DNA of 63,636 nucleotides, counting the filler, from Octopus bimaculoides (Eukaryota): NCBI RefSeq assembly GCF_001194135.2. It is 4 parts of 4 records of this genome, joined end to end, with 100 filler letters (N's around TTAATTAATTAA, not from the genome) between each part and the next. Parts side by side here need not be neighbours in the genome. Positions count along the whole stretch, not along the records: positions 31,701 to 52,475 come from NC_068988.1; 3 more parts are not named here. The stretch is one strand, 5' to 3'. Below, in pieces: positions 36,139 to 49,423 of this stretch (positions are counted from its first letter, which is position 1; each line of letters starts with the position of its first letter). Below the pieces are notes generated by a model that saw only the letters and a program-made list of their open reading frames with translations, was not told the origin of the DNA and did not search any database. The position numbers and the translations under genes were made by a program.

Positions 36139-37287
36139 TCTGAGAATATTAATAGTGTAACATCACACTGAAGCAATTAGGGAATTACCAGCTATTATTT
36201 TAGTTTTAATTTAACGCGTCTATAAATTCATTCTTCGCTTTTTATTTCATTAGTGTGTTGTACTATTTTGCTCATTATATTCTAAATATTTTGAACGTCT
36301 ATTTTTAGCTTAATTCACTCGTTTCCATTTCATTATCTGATGTGACACTACTATTTCTTATTTCTTTTCTCTCTTCAATGCGACCTCGTCACATTTTTCC
36401 AAACTGAATTTCCTCACCTATTTCCCTACTGAATCGGTGCACCGTAAGATAATATCAAGTAGTTTATAATCTACAGCAGACAGCTTGAAATCACCCTAAT
36501 ACGAACGATGTTTAATTTACACACTATAACGTTTGTCTCTACTCCTAATATGCTTTGGTATGTTAGCTAAGTGTGTCAGCATCAGATAAAAATGATCGAT
36601 TTGTTGGTCAGTAATTGATTCTACATACATATAAGACATTGCAGCATCACTTTTGTTCTTGTGGAAATTCATTTGCTTGTTTCGAGTAATAAGATTGAGA
36701 TAAGGCTTCGTATACTGGGCATGAGACATTTAGGCTCAGCTGTTTTGGCACCACCTTTTTTGGCGTCGCTGATTCTACGCTGACTTTATTTGACAGCAGA
36801 CGTTTTAATGTTTCTCTCGTATTAATGCTTCTCTCGTTCTCTCTCTCTCTCTCTCTCTATTTGAATGAGCTTATGTCTCTATGTATATAAGAAAATTATT
36901 TCTGTCGCTCATTCATTTAATTGCGATCTCCAGCATGGCCGCAGTCAAATGACTGAAACAAATAAAAGAATAAACCAACCAATTTCATTTTTTTTTTGTG
37001 GCTAATCTTTTTGATCCATACGAAGTCTCTATTGATTTTTAATTCTTTAAATATTTCCAGCTACATGTTACTATTCATGATCGACATTTCTGATTTTGAA
37101 ATATTCGCACTTCGATCTTTCTCGAATTCAATTGTGTTCAAAATTTTCTTGGTATCGTTCTGGATCAATTTTTGTTGATCGATATATAGATATATGGTTG
37201 ATCGATATATATATATATATATATATATATGTGGTTAGCATGTCCGTGCAACTGGTTTCCGTCATCAGAGATAAGGTATGAATATTC

Positions 37288-37515
37288 TAGACGGGGAAAA
37301 TTCATAGTTTAGAAGGAATAAAATAGAATACAGGGTAAAAGTAGTTAGAAAAATATAGGCAGGAGAATAATGTTCACAACTCATACCGATCGACATCCAT
37401 ATCCTCTGGAAAAAGATGAGTTGTGAACATTATTCTCCTGTCTATATTTATCTAACTATTTTTACTCTTTATTCTTCTATTTTATTCCTTGTAAACTGTA
37501 AATTTTCCCCATCTA
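37288..37515. repeat. Foldback inverted repeat, ~100-bp arms and 31-bp spacer
   Basis: 37288-37384 is an approximate reverse complement of 37416-37515. Confidence 0.9.
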
Positions 37516-37529
37516 AAATAACCACCTGT

Positions 37530-37712
37530 GTTACTCGGTGTTATTTTTGGTATTGTTTTGGTGAAATAGCGAGTTGGACGGAGCTGCTCTTCTTTGTGTC
37601 TCCTGCCGCGATGTGGGTTCGTCTGGTATCTTGGATAGTAATCCGTCCAGACGTTCCTTGAAAACTTCCACATCAACACCATGTAGATCTCTAAGGCAAG
37701 ATGTTATTTCTT
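37530..37712 (-). mobile_element. CR1/L2-group LINE 3' end
   Basis: CLRDLHGVDVEVFKERLDGLLSKIPDEP..RAAPSNSL. Confidence 0.8.
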
Positions 37713-39072
37713 TCGTCACACACAGACATACACATATATAAGCAAGGGCAGTAACAGAAAAAAATGCAAACGACAAACACAAATATTCGTTTACAAAGAA
37801 TATATTATAACTCAGAAACAAACAAAAAAAAAGAATTTGTTGTGCAAAGTGACACTAATTGGAAAGATGGTGGTTCTTTCGGATTTATAAAAATATAGAA
37901 ATGAAAATTTCAAGTTTTTAGAAGTAGGACAAACCACGAACTGGAACTAAATTAAAATGCTTAATTAAATGAAGAGCTGGAGAGAAAGAGCAACTGCTTC
38001 TTTTCGATAACTGGATATTGACTTTCATGTTTGTCGTCCTTCTTGGGTGTCAATCGCTGTTTCTATTAAGCTGTAAGGATTTCCAGTCTGCGGCACAGGA
38101 GGAACAATTATGGTCTTCAAATTTTCAACAGCAACAATTTCTTCATTAAATAAGAGGCGGAACGATGAATTAAGCGGAAGCCGTATTATATGGATAATAT
38201 CTAAGAAATCCATCTAGCATAATAATCCAATGAGTTAATAATCTTGGATAGTCTATAACAATCTGAAGAAGCTTTTAGTCTAACCAAGGAATCTAATCAT
38301 TGGGAATCGGAAGACCATGAGGCTTCAGCAATCTGATACTTCTAAAATGTTAAATTAGATTTTCTATACACACTTGTAAAAAAGCTCATGTCATCAAACA
38401 CGTTAGACATTGTTGTAGATTTTTTTTTCAGTTTTCTTAATTTATAATCTGTAGATAACATCAAGATAATAGAAGACATCTCTTAGTTTATTATTAGTTA
38501 TAAGAATCATTAATCTCGGTCTGGAAAGCGACCACATTTGGAAGACCGAAAGGTTATGTAAAGTATTAAAACAACGCATCAGTTTCAAAGATAAAGCAGA
38601 GACTTTTCTTCTAAGAAAAAAAAAACAAAAAAAAAAACAAAGGGAGATATGAAAGTAAGGATTAGTTTTAAATTAATCTTCTGAAAACCGAAAAAGAAAA
38701 GGAAAAGGAAAAGACGGATGGGAGGAGGGGGAGGAAAAGAAGAAGAAACGCCACAACAGCGACGATAACAAATGTCAGCAGCTCCATGACTCCGTCGTAG
38801 TAATGCTAGTAGGAAAATAAACGAGACGACAATTCAGAAAATGATTATATTTATGGTGGTCGTAGTGGTTACTGATAACCATGGTGATATTGTTTGATGA
38901 TGTTGATTGATAATGAATAACTAAAATGAAAAGATGAAAGAAAACGAAACAAAACATTATGACAAGTCTGAAGGAAAGAAGGAAGAGAATGGTGAGCTAC
39001 AAAAGAAAATTTGAAGAAACTACTCCAACAATATATAATTATATCCTCAACCAAACACACATACACACACAC

Positions 39073-39110
<38 letters not shown>

Positions 39111-39649
39111 TACACGCACAAACATACACAAACGAAAGGCAAGAAGAATAATAACCGATTCGAACATAAACACAGAATACGAACTACAATAATTAGGAAC
39201 AAATTAGAGTATAATCAAGTTCATTTGTGTTCAGAATATTTTTTATTTTTATTCATAACTGGGTTTGTGATTACAAAAAAATGATTACTAAAGTATAAGA
39301 ATAAAGCGTAAAATAGGAAATGGCTGTTGTTGTTACTGTTGTAGAATTGAATAAAGAAATTTTCTAATCTTAAATCCAAAATGTCGGCCATTAGAATATG
39401 CAAACGACGAATACATTGCCGATGCTCTCCAGCATTTATTGCTTATTTCGTGATACACGAAAAGGGAAAAAGAGGTAAAATTGTTATTCAGACTGGTATT
39501 TAGTCAGAGGAGTGGGTCGGGCACAATGAGGACTATTTAATGTATCTTTGACTTTGAGAAAGAAAATATTTTTCTGGCGTCGATTATAATCGACTTGTCT
39601 CCTTCCGGAGATATTTCGGGCCCTTTTACCTCTAGTATTACTGTCATGA

Positions 39650-39830
39650 TGAAAGGTGGTGAATTGGTGGAGTAGTTACTACTCTTTATATTCGGAGTTC
39701 AAAATCTGCCGAGGTCACACTTGCCGTTCATTTTTTTTCAGGTTCGATAAAATGAAGAATCGGTCAAGTACTAGAGGCCCTGTAATCGACTTCCCTTCAT
39801 AAAATTATTCGCCATGCAAAATTATCGGGA
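39650..39830 (+). mobile_element. Degenerate SINE family B
   Basis: cggagttcaaaatctgccgaggtcacacttgcc...ttcgataaaat. Confidence 0.7.
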
Positions 39831-41286
39831 ATTATTATTACTGGCGGGACCTGTAGAAATTCCACGGTATAATTCAGCACATTTAAAAACACTGTTAGTA
39901 GATGAAACACAAGCAAGGAGTTTCAAAGAATTCTTTTCATATCCTTCCATTTAATCAACGCTTTTAGATATAATTGAAATGAATTTTGATGGCATTGCTT
40001 ATTTACTTCTTTGTAATACGTTTGACCGATTTAATGTGCCTTATAATTTAAGGAAATAAAAGGTGAATTAAAAATATAAAACTTATATATATTGATTAAA
40101 TGTTTATCATTTACAATCTTTATTACATAATTGACAAAGTAAATAAATGAATGCAAACTATATTTCATATAATTAAATGTACACAGAAAAAAAGTATCAA
40201 CTTAGTCACTGAATTAGATACAAACATTTTACATTACAAACGAAATTACTACAAACTGTACGTGACATACATATATATGTAAACAGAAATACAAAACCTG
40301 AACTAATTTAAAGCTGTATGAAATAAGCAATGTATGTGGTCGCAGACTGTAATTACTGACTGTATAAACTGAATGCAATATGAATGACATACATTTACAT
40401 GTGATTAATAAAATTCTAGACTTACTCTCTCAACACTTCTTTATACACAATGTTTTTGTAAGAGTTTTACCTTCCTATTTGCCTTGTCTGTTGGTCTCAA
40501 CTACACTTACTACCACAGTAAAATAATTTCCACATATGCCACAGATAATTTCTTGACCCTAGAAAATGCCTTTGCGTTAACTCAAGGGATTTTAAAATTA
40601 AAAATATGAAGACAAACTATACTTTTCGTTGTCCAGCCACCAAGTCCCAGTTATTCACAACATGAGATTATTTTCATTTGTTTTTCATTTTACTTCAGTC
40701 CAGCGATCTATCTATTTGTATATCTATTAATATATTTCTCTGTTTGCATAACTTTTGATACATCGGTAGGTTCACCTGGCTGTCAGTGTGTCTGTTTGCC
40801 TGTCTGTCCGTTATCTGTCTGCTGTCTGAGTAACTATCGTATCTATTTTTCCTCCTGCCGATGTCTGATATCTGTTTACTTTCATAATACCGATAAGCAT
40901 TTAAACCTAGTGACAGCATTAAAAAAATTAAGAATAGTGGTGCTCCAGCATGGCTACAAGTTTTGGTCTGAAACATGTTTAAGTTAAAAATGTAACTTAG
41001 ACAGCCTTTTGCTAACTGAGATTAATTTAACTATCTATCGATAAATCTTTTAAAGCTTAAAGTTATACATCTTCAAGGCATTGTTTCACTATGTTCGACC
41101 GTGCTTGCGATTTTAACACAAATGCAGAATAATATAGACCTCCTCCTCCCCTTCACACTCTCTAATAACGTAGACCTCTCTCTCATAATATAGAGCTTCT
41201 CTCTTATTCTCTTTCTTTCTATTTTTCACGGATTCGACTATTGTCGTTTCGTTTCTTTGCTTGTCTCTTTTTCTCGCCTTCCCTGC

Positions 41287-41365
<79 letters not shown>

Positions 41366-41779
41366 CTACAGTCGATGACGTAAGCGTAATACACGGATGA
41401 AGCATGCAGGAACAATCAGAGTAACAATTATCATAAATTGAATAGTTTAATGAAGGCGCCTGCTGCACCTCCGCGTTCCATAGTTGTCGTTAGCATTTCC
41501 ATTTACTCAAATAGAATTCTTTGCGTGCTAAATTGGTTTCGTTTTGTTATGGGATTCGATTAATATTTTTCTGATGTAAGTTTAGACTTTTATCACATTT
41601 TCGTGGGAAACGTGTTATATCTGAAGTTTTTCGGATGTGCTATGTGTCATGTGCGTTAATGTTGGGTAGATTCTGTCGGTGATGCGTTGACTGTGTTCTG
41701 CTATTGGGTGGTAATGCTGTAGAGATTAAGTTGTGTGTATTGTCGATGTTTTAGTAGCGGTAGTCAATTATTATCGTTG

Positions 41780-42050
41780 CACAGTATCCAATATTGTGAT
41801 GTTCTAGATTTAAAATATTGAATTTGCCGGGGATTTGTGCCATCTGTCAAGTCACAACAAAGATCTCAAACAGACAGTACTTCATGCAGTTCCAAGTAAA
41901 ACCTATTTTTGCCATACGCCAAGATTGTAGGGTATTTCTAAAGTGTCCAGTTGTTTCTTCAGGTTGGGCGGCATCGAAACCGATCCTCCGGTGACAACAG
42001 GAAGAACATGTTTGATTCACGCAGCTGCCACATCTTGACAATTTCAATTG
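41780..42050 (-). mobile_element. R4/Dong-like LINE 3' end (restriction-like endonuclease C-terminus)
   Basis: LTIEIVKMWQL..VLPVVTG..LKKQLDTLEIPYNLGVWQK*VLLGTA fits EIxRMW..VVPVV.G..LQKxVLLGTA. Confidence 0.8.
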
Positions 42051-42154
42051 TCAAGCTTCCATATATATGTCTGCCTTTCTCTCCCTCTCTTTCTCTCCCT
42101 CTCTTTCTCTCTCCCTCTCTTTCTCTCTCTCTTTCTCTCTTTCTTTCTCTCTTA

Positions 42155-42285
42155 GGGCTTCGAGCTGGCAGAATCTTTAGTGCGCCGGACGAAATGCTTA
42201 GCGTTATTTCGTTCGTCCTTAGGTTCTGAGTTCAAATTCTGCTGAGGTCGACTTTGCATTTCATCCTTTCGGACTCGATAAATTA
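42155..42285 (+). mobile_element. SINE family B, 3'-truncated
   Basis: gagctggcagaatc...gtcgactttgcatttcatcctttcgg. Confidence 0.87.
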
Positions 42286-42744
42286 GTTTGTGGTAGTTTT
42301 ACCGATCAGCTATTATTAACATCACAAAGAACGGCAACTCATTGTTACTGCTAGCCAAGTCTGCAGATGTTGACAACCGGTTAAATAGTCGAGAGCTTGT
42401 ATCCTGTGGCTGGTGATTCGGCGTAACTCTGACAAATATTCTTAATAACACAGAGCTCAGAAAAGAACTCGTGGCAAATAAGAAGCACCGCTCACTGGTA
42501 AAGGGCGGGGGGAACTGTAAAACTTGGAAATATTTTTCATTAGTTTTCAGCTCTTGCGATAAACTACTGAGTAAATTTCCTAAATGATTAAGCGTGTGGA
42601 AACTGAGAGGTGTTATTAAATCATTGATATTTACAGAAGAGGGAACGACCGTACTATAACAATAAACTCTTGCTATATCGATCAAGTATTTCGCAGTACT
42701 ACAACGACTCAGTACTTGAGTATAATTCATCACTGATGACGATA

Positions 42745-43000
42745 CAGTTCTATATTTAAGAGATGAGGAATTATGTACATTATTTGCATTATTTACATTT
42801 GACGGATATTTGTCCTCATCTTGTTTGTTGCTTACACAACGCTTCAGCTGATATACCCTCCAGCCTTCATCAGGTGTCTTTGGGGAAATTTCGAATCTGG
42901 TTTCTCATTCCTAAGGTATTTTTTCGATGTTGTTGTTCTTTTATATTATGGGTTCAAAACCCAATATTGCCAATTTTGTCGTTTATCTTTTCAGGGACCT
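42745..43000 (-). mobile_element. Penelope-like element terminal repeat (pLTR) fragment
   Basis: Carries a minimal type I hammerhead motif, which is characteristic of Penelope pLTRs. Confidence 0.7.
42834..42877 (-). ncRNA. Minimal type I hammerhead ribozyme motif (two substitutions)
   Basis: ACAC-CTGATGA-A-GGCTG-GAGGGTATAT-CAGCT-GAA-GCGT-T-GTGT. Helix I ACAC/GTGT and helix II are present; A15.1 is changed to G and C11.1 to T. Confidence 0.72.
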
Positions 43001-43679
43001 CAACATACATAAAATAATCGTGCAGATTTAATTCATTCACGCAACATTAAAAAGGGGGATTGTCGCTTTTAAGAGAAATATTTGTTGTTTTCTTGTTTTG
43101 TTTTATTTGGAATGCTAATAGATAAAAAAAATGTGTCAATGAGTATATGTAACAATGTGTGTGTGTGTCAGTATGTGGGAATCAGTATGTATGTGTACGT
43201 GTGCCAGAATATGTCTGTACGTCAATGTGTGGTGGTGGTTAAAAATTAACTCAAAATTGGAGACCCAATTGTCATAGAATAGATTGGGGGTATGTAGACT
43301 CAAGAGAAAAAGAAATTGAGATTAAAACCGACGTATTTGGAAGCGATTGACATGAGTTTCACTTAACACTTTACTATCTTATGACTCTTTTCTACTTTCT
43401 CCCTAACTTTAATTCCTAGTCTAATTCCCACTTCCCCAACATCCTTCTGATGGGCTTTATTGCCAAGCGGACTACTTTAATACATCTTTTTTTTTGCATA
43501 TCTATATATTCTTTATATCTTTGTTTTGATTGGGTGTATATCTTATCAGAATATGTTCGGTTTTCTTTTGATTTCATGTTTTATGATTTTAGTTATCTAG
43601 GTTCTGTTATCAGTACATCCTTATTACTTTATGACTGTAGGTGTATAATCTCTCTCTGTCAATAAATTTGCACTCAGAG

Positions 43680-45145
43680 AAAGTAAGGAACTCAATCCGA
43701 TAGTTTCCATAGCAACAGTACATCTTAGAATAAGTCTTATTTGTGAAGTCATAACGAAGCTATCTCATCACTTCTGACATTTTCCTAAAGTCTACTCGCT
43801 TGATGTGATTTATGACGAATGCAATTAACTATCCACGTTTGATTTTTTCCAGGTCCTGCCTATACTTCTGAGGAAAATATGTCGCAAAATCTCTAGACAC
43901 CATCAGCAGATGATCACAAAGGATATACAAATCAAGCTTGATATTTTTCTTTTTACATTCGTACTTTTTAAGGAAGCTCTCAAAATATTGGAATTTGTAG
44001 AACATTGTTTTTACAAACGTTTTATGCCACCGCCTAGTAGTCTTAATTTTCATGCTTCCTGTTCTCTTAAATGCATCGAAGATCTCATCTCTTTTGCCTT
44101 CATAGAACAGGTTGATCTTCGATTCAAATGTTAAAAAACAGATGCCATATAACACAATTTGATCAGTCAAACATTATTGAAATGCATCATGTTCACGTCA
44201 CCTTGCTCAGTACAAATAAGAAACAATCTATTCTTTGGAGATTCCTGTCTCTTTCAAAAGCGCTTCGACATGACAGCCATTAAATTGCAAAATAATCTAC
44301 TTGAAAACAACCGAATTTTTATCTCTCTATTTATTAATAAGTTTTCATTACATCTTGCAACAATTCTTCAAGTTCACTTCTCAGGTCGCTGCAGCATGTG
44401 TTCAGTTTCTGGGCAGTTCGCGCCAGTTCTGGGATATTTCTTTGATGCTAACGTCGGTTTCCTTATGCTACTCCATACTGGTTGCAACGTTGTGTGCAAC
44501 CACAGCAAGATATTTCCACTCAAATTTTCCCTCACCGCGAATCCGTCAAGTTTTGGAGCAAATAAACTCCCATCTAAGGTTAGCAAAAGAGACAACGCTA
44601 GAAAATCTGTTCCGAGGTTTTGATCCAGGAAACGGCATTGTTGTTGTTGGCACTCCGTCGCTTACGACGTCGAGGGTTCCAGTTGATCCGATCAATGGAA
44701 CAGCCTGCTCGTGAATTTAACGTGCAAGTGGTTGAGCACTCTACAGATACGTATACCCTTAACGTAGTTCTCAGGGATATTCAGCGTGACACAGTGTGAC
44801 AAGGCTGACCCTTTGAATTACAGGCACAGCAGAAACTGGAAGAAAGAGCGAGAGAAAGTTGTGGTGAAAGAGTACAGCAGGGTTCGCCACCATCCCCTGC
44901 CGGAGCCTCGTGGAGCTTTTAGGTGTTTTCGCTCAATAAACGCTCACAACGCCTGGTCTGGGAATTGAAACCGCGATCCTATGACCGCGAGTCCGCTGCC
45001 CTAACCACTGGGCCATTGCGCCTCCACTGGAAACGGCATTATACAATGATTAAAGCATCAATCTTTACGTTAGTGATTTCACCCAATTTCAGAGCGAAAT
45101 GTTACTTCCAACAGTTTCACTTCAGATCATCAGCAATAGACCAAA
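43680..45145 (-). mobile_element. hAT (Charlie/ZBED8-SCAND3-like) transposase fossil, split by a SINE
   Basis: FALKLGEITNV..CRFLD, LDGSLFAPKLDGFA, KPTLASKKYP, NLFYEGKRDEIFDAF..DHLLMVSRDFATYFP. Confidence 0.85.
44640..45028 (-). mobile_element. SINE family C, full length, perfect 12-bp TSD
   Basis: ggaaacggcatt at 44628-44639 and 45029-45040. Confidence 0.95.
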
Positions 45146-45244
45146 ATTTCATTGTGTCTTCGGACGAAGGAATTTTCGCTATCTTATCCTTTACTTCCAT
45201 TCTGTAGGAGATGAGGAATGATTTTCAAATATGATTTCTCTTAT

Positions 45245-45620
45245 CTTGTACTTTTACGTATTTCAGTCATTGGAGTGTGGCCATGCAGGAGCACCACCTT
45301 GAAAGGCTTAGTCGAATAAATTAATCCCGGTAATTATTTTTTTCTTTAAGTTGGGTAATCATTTTATCGATCTGTCTTGCCAAATTGCTGGGCTACGGGG
45401 GCGTAAATTAACCAACACTGGCTGTTAAGTGGTGGACAAACACGGTAATGATGTGTTTACGTCCCCGAACTTAGCGGTTCGATAAAAGAGACCACCAGAA
45501 TAAGTACCAGCCTTTACAAAAGAAGCACTAGAATTGATTCATTCGACCAAAGAAAATTCTTCAAAGCAGTGCTCCAGCATGACCGCAGTCTGTTGACTGA
45601 AACAAATTAACAATAAAGGA
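45245..45620. mobile_element. Two SINE family A tails back-to-back in opposite orientations
   Basis: Minus-strand tail at 45245-45440 and plus-strand tail at 45445-45620. Confidence 0.8.
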
Positions 45621-46456
45621 TTTGCAGGATTTACTCGTGTACGAGTCACACACATATAAGTCTCACTTGTGTATAAGCTGCACTCGTGTATACGTCGTAC
45701 CCCCTAATTTAGTGTTAAATAGTTTTGCCCCGAGAAGTTGCACCCCAGTTTTTTTTTCTGTTAAGATCAATTGTAGAATAGTAAACAGCAAATTAAATCG
45801 AGTGGTCATGGCTGGAATGTTTTTGATAATAGATCTACTCATTCATGGCTGACCTAACAACAACATTAGTAACAGCAAAAAGAACGGATTCTAGAAAAGA
45901 GAAGCGGTATTTCAGAAGATCTAATTTTAGACCGATGTAGACTCTTAGCACACTTCGGAATGATTGATGGAAAGTTATATGCCCTCAACAAGCATTTTAG
46001 AAAATTAGGTATTAGGCGACGAGTTACTGAAAATGTCATACCATTAACAATGAGAGAGAGAAAGAGAGAGGCCAAACATGAAACGTTGGTAAGGCAACAC
46101 TTGTGTATATAAAGGATAAAATGGGAGAGAGAAAGATAGAAGAAGGAAACATTTACAGAAAGTAAAGAAAGATTTGATTGACTGATTGATTCATATATAA
46201 GATAGCTAGACAGGTAGATTGGTAGGCATGTTGGTAGGTAGGTCGGTAGAGTTCACAACGGACAAGAGATGTATTTTCAAAGATATCGTGACAAAAGAAA
46301 TCCAATTTATTTATCGATGAAAGTGAATTTGATCTCGCTCGCTAAATACTTTGAACACAACCAAATAGAAACCGACTTACAATAACAACATACGAGAAGA
46401 ATGAAATTGATCGTATCCTGAAAGGGATTATTCTATATATGTGTGTGTGTGTGTGG

Positions 46457-46487
<31 letters not shown>

Positions 46488-46688
46488 GCTCTCTCGCTCT
46501 CTCGCTCTCGCTCTCTCTCTCTGTATGTATATGAATATTATACATATGTATATAATATTCCTCACACACATGCTTATATACATTCTGTATGTACGTATGA
46601 ATGAATGTATTGAAGTAGTCGACTATTTTGTAATAATTTTAGCTTGTGATTTTCCTAAGAGTGTCATGAAGGTATGTTAAAATGCAGA

Positions 46689-46741
<53 letters not shown>

Positions 46742-46802
46742 NNNNNNNNNNNNNNNNNNNNNNNNNNNNNNNNNNNNNNNNNNNNNNNNNNNNNNNNNNA
46801 TT

Positions 46803-46851
<49 letters not shown>

Positions 46852-47459
46852 CTTCTAATATAGGATAAAAAAAAATTTTTCCAGAGAAAAATTCCAAAGT
46901 GGCCAGCATATTAAAAATACCTTTAAAGGTGGAAATTAGAGACGATTATAAACAAGGGCAAAAGAAAAAAATATTTCTATGCCAATATGCTGAGAATAGA
47001 CTTTAAATCGTCAATCACCACGTTACAATATACATTCGCTATGAATACACGATTTGCTGAACTCGAGGAAGGCAAGCTAACAGAATTTTTTTTAAAATTC
47101 GTTATCTCTATATTGAATCAATTTCAGGATTAATCCCACGGATTTTTCCCTCTTCAGTAGAAAATACTATAAGAAATAAATGAAGGGAGTGGATCACATT
47201 AATAGTCTCGGTAATTGCATAAGTTAAACAACAATGAGTAACAAAAGTAACTCATTCATACATACATATATTTTGAAATAACGAACGTTATTCATTCTAT
47301 TTTCCTTCATTTATCTATTTATACAAACCCAACAGTTACTACGGATTTCTTGGTGTATATCCAGTAACAGGAGCATTTCTACTCTGATGACATCAGGTAG
47401 CCAATAGCTGTGGATGAGCTTCACATAACATTTTACAAGGTTTTTCACAATCTTATATA

Positions 47460-47900
47460 ACTATTTATGTCATTATTCAGTTTATTTCAAGATTTCTTGC
47501 TAATAGAGAAAAATCCAAGACCCCTTCATTGGAATTTCAATATCAACAACAGGGTATTTTTGTATGTATGTATGTATGTATGTATGTATGTATGTATGTG
47601 CAGATCTATATGTTTTATGTATGTGTTCTCATGCATACAGTTGCGTATCTAGACATATTCATATATATTTAAATGATAAACTTCTGGAAAGTTTTACAGA
47701 TTTCTACAGTTCCAATGATGGATTGGATCTGTAGACTTTGACTTACCTTTCTCCTTTCTGGTTTTGAGAAGCCTAATTTCTCAAGATTCATATTTAGGCA
47801 GCGTGTTACATATCCCAGGGCCCCAATAATTACAAGTATAAACCTGAACTAGTAATCTGGATAGAGTAACTGCAGATTTCCCAATAGTTCATCATAGGTG
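47460..47900 (-). mobile_element. (ATAC)n-tailed LINE-like 3' ends, inverted homologue of 52730-53430
   Basis: atgataaacttctggaaagttttacagatttc..ttccaatgatggattggatctgtag is the reverse complement of 53106-53166. Confidence 0.8.
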
Positions 47901-48231
47901 TTCTCTTTTTCACTGATCTTCAGCTTTATGTTAACATCCACAGGACAACTAATTTCCACAACTGTGCACCGTTTCTCTTCTCTGTTTCAAATCATTATAT
48001 CAGGTCTGTTGTGCTTACATTTTATTGAAGTCTTAACTGGGACATTCCACCAGTATTCCATGTATGTATGTATGTATGTATGTATGTATGTATGTATGTG
48101 TGTGTATGTGTATGTGTGTAAATATATATATATATATATATATACTTATGCATATACATTTATGTGTGGAGAGAGAGAGAGACAAACAGATACGTAGACA
48201 CAGATACATGTATACACGGATGGATGTATTT

Positions 48232-48283
<52 letters not shown>

Positions 48284-48566
48284 TGTGCGCGTTTCCGTAT
48301 AAGCCGAATTTCCAGTTGAGAGCATGTTGAAAGGAGAGGACTTGATCACATCCGTTTGCGCTGTCCTTTCATTTTTTCCGGTGAGCTTCCTTATCCATTT
48401 CCACAGCTCTTTTGTAACACCCCCTCCCTGGTAATGCACACATACACACTAACACACATGCATATGCACTTAAATACAAGTCTGTACATGTTCATATATA
48501 TATTTGCATACTAATCACACCTACATACATGTGTGCACAAATATAAATGTAAGATATGGATATATA

Positions 48567-48850
48567 TTCTTTTATTCTTTTACTTGTTTCAGTCATCTTG
48601 AGTGCGGCCATGCTGGAGCACCGCCTTTAGTCGAACAAATCGACCCCAGGACTTATTCTTTGTAAGCCTAGTACTTATTCTATCGGTCTCTTTTGCCGAA
48701 CAGCTAGTTTACGGGAGGGTAAACACAGCAACATCGGTTGTGAAGCGATGGTGGGGGACAAACACAGACACAAACATATACACACACACATACATATATC
48801 CACTCTGCCAAATCCACCCATAAGGCTTTGGTCGACCCGAGGTTATAGTA
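48567..48850 (-). mobile_element. SINE family A, 5'-truncated
   Basis: Shared tail and partial head. Confidence 0.88.
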
Positions 48851-49382
48851 GATTGGATATAAATGATGGGCATAAGGCTAGCTTCATTTCTTGATTGTGT
48901 TTTTTCCATCTTTTTCATCCTCGGGTTTCNNNNNNNNNNNNNNNNNNNNNNNNNNNNNNNNNNNNNNNNNNNNNNNNNNNNNNNNNNNNNNNNNNNNNNN
49001 NNNNNNNNNNNNNNNNNNNNNNNNNNNNNNNNNNNNNNNNNNNNNNNNNNNNNNNNNNNNNNNNNNNNNNNNNNNNNNNNNNNNNNNNNNNNNNNNNNNN
49101 NNNNNNNNNNNNNNNNNNNNNNNNNNNNNNNNNNNNNNNNNNNNNNNNNNNNNNNNNNNNNNNNNNNNNNNNNNNNNNNNNNNNNNNNNNNNNNNNNNNN
49201 NNNNNNNNNNNNNNNNNNNNNNNNNNNNNNNNNNNNNNNNNNNNNNNNNNNNNNNNNNNNNNNNNNNNNNNNNNNNNNNNNNNNNNNNNNNNNNNNNNNN
49301 NNNNNNNNNNNNNNNNNNNNNNNNNNNNNNNNNNNNNNNNNNNNNNNNNNNNNNNNNNNNNNNNNNNNNNNNNNNNNNNNNN

Positions 49383-49423
<41 letters not shown>

